Of a stretch of DNA of 64,000 bases, positions 61,628 to 64,000 are shown in pieces (the first letter of the stretch is position 1; the number at the start of each line of letters is the position of its first letter). The notes below the pieces were generated by a model. The model saw only the letters and a program-made list of their open reading frames with translations, searched no databases and had not been told where the DNA came from. This DNA is from an uncultured Actinomycetes bacterium. Its GTDB lineage: Bacteria > Actinomycetota > Thermoleophilia > Gaiellales > JAICJC01. Where the stretch lies: assembly GCA_963797565.1 (NCBI GenBank), contig CAWCPM010000010.1, positions 69,834-133,833 on the forward strand. Reading direction: 5' to 3'. A program made the position numbers and the translations under genes.

Positions 61628-62533
61628 CCGTGCGCGTCGCCGCGATCGACATCGGTACCAACTCGACGAGGCTGCTGGTCGCCGAGGCGGACGGCGGGCA
61701 CTCTGCGCGAGGTGGAGCGGCTGCTCGAGATCACACGACTGGGCGACCGGGTGGACGCCGACGGGGAGCTGGCCGAGGCGTCCATGCAGCGGGTCGAGAC
61801 GTGCGTCGCCCGGTATGCGGAACGAGCCCGCGAGCTGGGCGCCTCCACCCCGCTGGCGGTGGCGACCAGCGCCGTCCGCGACGCGGCCAACGGTGCCGAG
61901 TTCATGCGGCGCCTGGAGCGGCGCTGCGGTGTGCGCACGCGAGTGCTGACCGGGGAGCAGGAGGCGCGGCTGACGCTGCGCGGCGTCGTCTCGGCACGGC
62001 CGCCGACCGGCGCCGTGGTCGTCTGCGACATCGGCGGCGGCAGTACCGAGCTGATCGCGGGCCGGGATGGACGGGTCGGCTTTGCGGTCAGCCTGAACAT
62101 GGGCTGCGTGCGCATGAGCGAGCGGCACCTGCACAGCGACCCGCCCACCGACGAGCAGGTCGCAGCGCTGCGGCGCGAGGTGGCGGAGATGCTGCCCGGC
62201 GACGTGCCGGCCGGCTCCCTGATCGGCGTGGCGGGCACCATCACCACGCTGGCGACGATCGACCTCGGACTCGACGAGGAGATCCCGGAGCGGGTCGACG
62301 GGTACGAGCTGTCGGCAGACGCGGTCGCCACGCAGCTCGGGCGGCTGGCGGCACTGCCGCTGGAGGAACGCCGCCGGGTGCGCGGGCTGATGCCGGAGCG
62401 GGCATCCACGATCGTGGCCGGAACCGCGATCCTGGCCGAGCTGATGCGCCATCTGGGTGCCGGGCATCTGACCGTCTCCGAGCGGGACATCCTGCACGGC
62501 GCCGCGCTCGAGGCGGCCGACCCGCCCGCCTGA
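61624..62533 (+). pseudogene. ppx: exopolyphosphatase/guanosine pentaphosphate phosphohydrolase (Ppx/GppA), frameshift near 61691-61702
   Basis: The N-terminus (VRVAAIDIGTNSTRLLVAEADGG) is in frame 61624. The rest (TLREVERLLEITRLG..VCDIGGGSTEL..) is in frame 61712. There is an extra G in a GGCGGG run. Confidence 0.85.
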
Positions 62534-62563
62534 CGCGCTCGCGCAGCGGTATCGTCACGCCCA

Positions 62564-62647
62564 GCCCGGGTGGCGGAGTTGGTAGACGCGGGGGACTTAA
62601 AATCCTCTGGCCGAAAGGCCACACAGGTTCGAATCCTGTCCCGGGCA
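62564..62647 (+). tRNA. tRNA-Leu (anticodon TAA), long variable arm
   Basis: GCCCGGGTGGCGGAGTTGGTAGACGC..CTTAAAA loop..variable arm TGGCCGAAAGGCCA..GGTTCGAATCC..CCCGGGCA. Confidence 0.9.
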
Positions 62648-62739
62648 TCCGCATGGTTCATGCCACCACACAATCCCGCCGCCCTGCCGCGCCGTACTCG
62701 AGATGTGGACACGATCACAATCGATAACGAGGTGGAATC

Positions 62740-63264
62740 ATGAATATGCGAATGGGTACTCTGGCCGGACTGGTGGTCGCGGTGGCGTTGGCTGCCGGTT
62801 GCGGCTCGTCGTCGGCCGCCGGCACCAACGGCGGCGGCAATGGCGGCTCGGCCAACACCACGGTGCGAAGCGCGCACAGCTCCCAGCTCGGTACCAACGT
62901 GCTGGTCAACGACAAGGGCATGGCCCTGTACACGTTGTCAGCCGAGCGGGGCGGCCGCTTCATCTGCACCAAGAGCTCGATGATCCCCGGCGGCAGCGCC
63001 TCGTGCCTGTCGCTGTGGCACCCTCTGACGGTGGCCAAGGGCAGCATGCCGACCGGTGCGGCCCAGCTGAGCACCATCACCCGGCCGGACACCGGCGCCA
63101 CCCAGGTCACCTGGCACGGCCTGCCGCTCTACACGTTCACGGGCGACAAGGCGCCCGGTGACACGTCCGGCAACGGCTTCAAGGACGTCGGCGTCTGGAA
63201 GGCGGCCACGCTGGGTGCGCCGTCGTCGAGCTCGTCCAGCGGCGGGGGTGGATACGGCTACTGA
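62740..63264 (+). CDS. secreted lipoprotein with duplicated 'lipoprotein_15'/COG4315-type repeat
   Basis: Lipobox VALAAGC; repeats ..LVNDKGMALYTL.. and ..VTWHGLPLYTFTGDKAPGDT.GNG. Confidence 0.78.
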   Translation: MNMRMGTLAGLVVAVALAAGCGSSSAAGTNGGGNGGSANTTVRSAHSSQLGTNVLVNDKGMALYTLSAERGGRFICTKSSMIPGGSASCLSLWHPLTVAKGSMPTGAAQLSTITRPDTGATQVTWHGLPLYTFTGDKAPGDTSGNGFKDVGVWKAATLGAPSSSSSSGGGGYGY

Positions 63265-63278
63265 TCGCGCAGGTTGCG

Positions 63279-63317
63279 GGCCCGCTCACCTCGTGTTGCT
63301 TACGAGGTGAGCGGGCC
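63279..63317. terminator. perfect 16-bp hairpin (bidirectional terminator candidate) between convergent genes
   Basis: GGCCCGCTCACCTCGT-gttgctt-ACGAGGTGAGCGGGCC. Confidence 0.65.
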
Positions 63318-63340
63318 GTCGCCCTGAACGCGGGATGCAC

Positions 63341-63787
63341 CTATGTGGCCATCGCCCGATCCTCGGCTTCCATTCTCGCCGAGATCGCATCGAGCACCGC
63401 GTACTCCGCTTCCTCGACCGTCCCGTAGGCGTAGTCGATCGCAAACAGTGCGTCGGCCTCGGCATCGTCAGCGCGCGTCTCCGCCCGCCTCGCGTCCAGC
63501 TGGCCCTTCTTTTCATCGATACCCTGACGCACCTGGGCCATATGGTTGCTCCACGACCTCTGCAGGTCGTTCCAGGACGCCGAGATCTTGGCGCCCGTCG
63601 CATCCGCGCTTTGCTGGAGCTCCTCGGCGTGCGCCTCCGCCCGTGCCCGCGCCTCGTTGGCAGATTTCTCGACGTCTGCCTTCGCCTGGTTCTGTGCAGC
63701 CGAAGCGTGGTCCTCCGCCTCCTTTGCGCGTTCTGAAAGCTTCGCCAGCTTCTGCGAAGCGTCCATGAGCTTTTCCGACGTCGTCAT
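63341..63787 (-). CDS. hypothetical all-helical (coiled-coil) protein
   Basis: GGAGG RBS before ATG 63787. A 148-aa Ala/Glu/Lys-rich protein. No family recognised. Confidence 0.55.
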   Translation of the reverse strand: MTTSEKLMDASQKLAKLSERAKEAEDHASAAQNQAKADVEKSANEARARAEAHAEELQQSADATGAKISASWNDLQRSWSNHMAQVRQGIDEKKGQLDARRAETRADDAEADALFAIDYAYGTVEEAEYAVLDAISARMEAEDRAMAT

Positions 63788-64000
63788 AGCGACCTCCCCT
63801 GGTCGTCGGTGTTGCTCTCCGCCCCAACCGTCGATGCTACTCCCACCCGCTGCGGTCGGCAACCACCTCAACCAGGCCCGGTCAGGACGTCCTCGCGGAT
63901 CGTTACGCCGCGAACTCCGATGCACGCAGCAGCCGCGCCTGCGCCGTTCGGCACCGCCGGCAGCTCGCGATGTGCGACCGCTCACCTGCGGTCGGCGCCA

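Overview
The window is a very GC-rich chromosomal segment. By eye it is over 70% G+C, and third codon positions are almost all G or C. Gene content and style are actinobacterial: many ATGA/GTGA start-stop overlaps, very short divergent spacers, and Tad pilus, CysO and Mec genes. It could belong to Thermoleophilia or a related deep-branching class, but I cannot assign a taxon from sequence alone.

The content is core metabolism and housekeeping. I see no transposase, integrase, phage genes, CRISPR array or recognisable defence island.

Main blocks, in order:
- A complete trp operon (trpE-G-D-C-F-B-A), preceded by a promoter-like element, an 18-codon leader ORF with three consecutive Trp codons, and an intrinsic terminator. 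This looks like a classic attenuator.
- An OmpR-type two-component pair.
- A leucine-catabolism (liu/mcc) cluster.
- A zinc-ribbon/adenylate-cyclase/STAND/TPR giant protein.
- pepA, an acyl-CoA dehydrogenase, ilvA, ppa, meaB and hisC.
- A long minus-strand run: M24 peptidase, ACAD, ogt, M48 protease, parA, ftsZ, ggt.
- A PG-binding/NlpC-P60 hydrolase.
- A rhodanese-E1/CysO/CysM/JAMM (Mec) sulfur-carrier cysteine cluster.
- A NarL-type two-component pair, then a degenerate GAF-GGDEF protein.
- lgt, then a Tad/Cpa pilus locus (tadE, cpaB, cpaE, cpaF, vWA-tadB, tadC) followed by a GAF-HD-GYP protein.
- Assorted genes, an initiator tRNA-fMet and tRNA-Leu(UAA).

The most pervasive unexplained signal is that at least 12 otherwise well-conserved genes, including trpF, mccA, parA and the ftsZ C-terminal tail, are split by single frame shifts. 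This points to consensus indel errors in the assembly, or less likely to real pseudogenisation.

Other points worth a second look:
- The translationally coupled parA-ftsZ pair, with a long FtsZ N-terminal extension.
- A 29-nt identical hairpin repeat in two convergent intergenic regions.
- The vWA-TadB fusion.
- The precursor-type CysO tail (GG-GR).

I did not find a convincing wholly novel system. Most long antisense ORFs in the six-frame track are GC-driven shadow ORFs.
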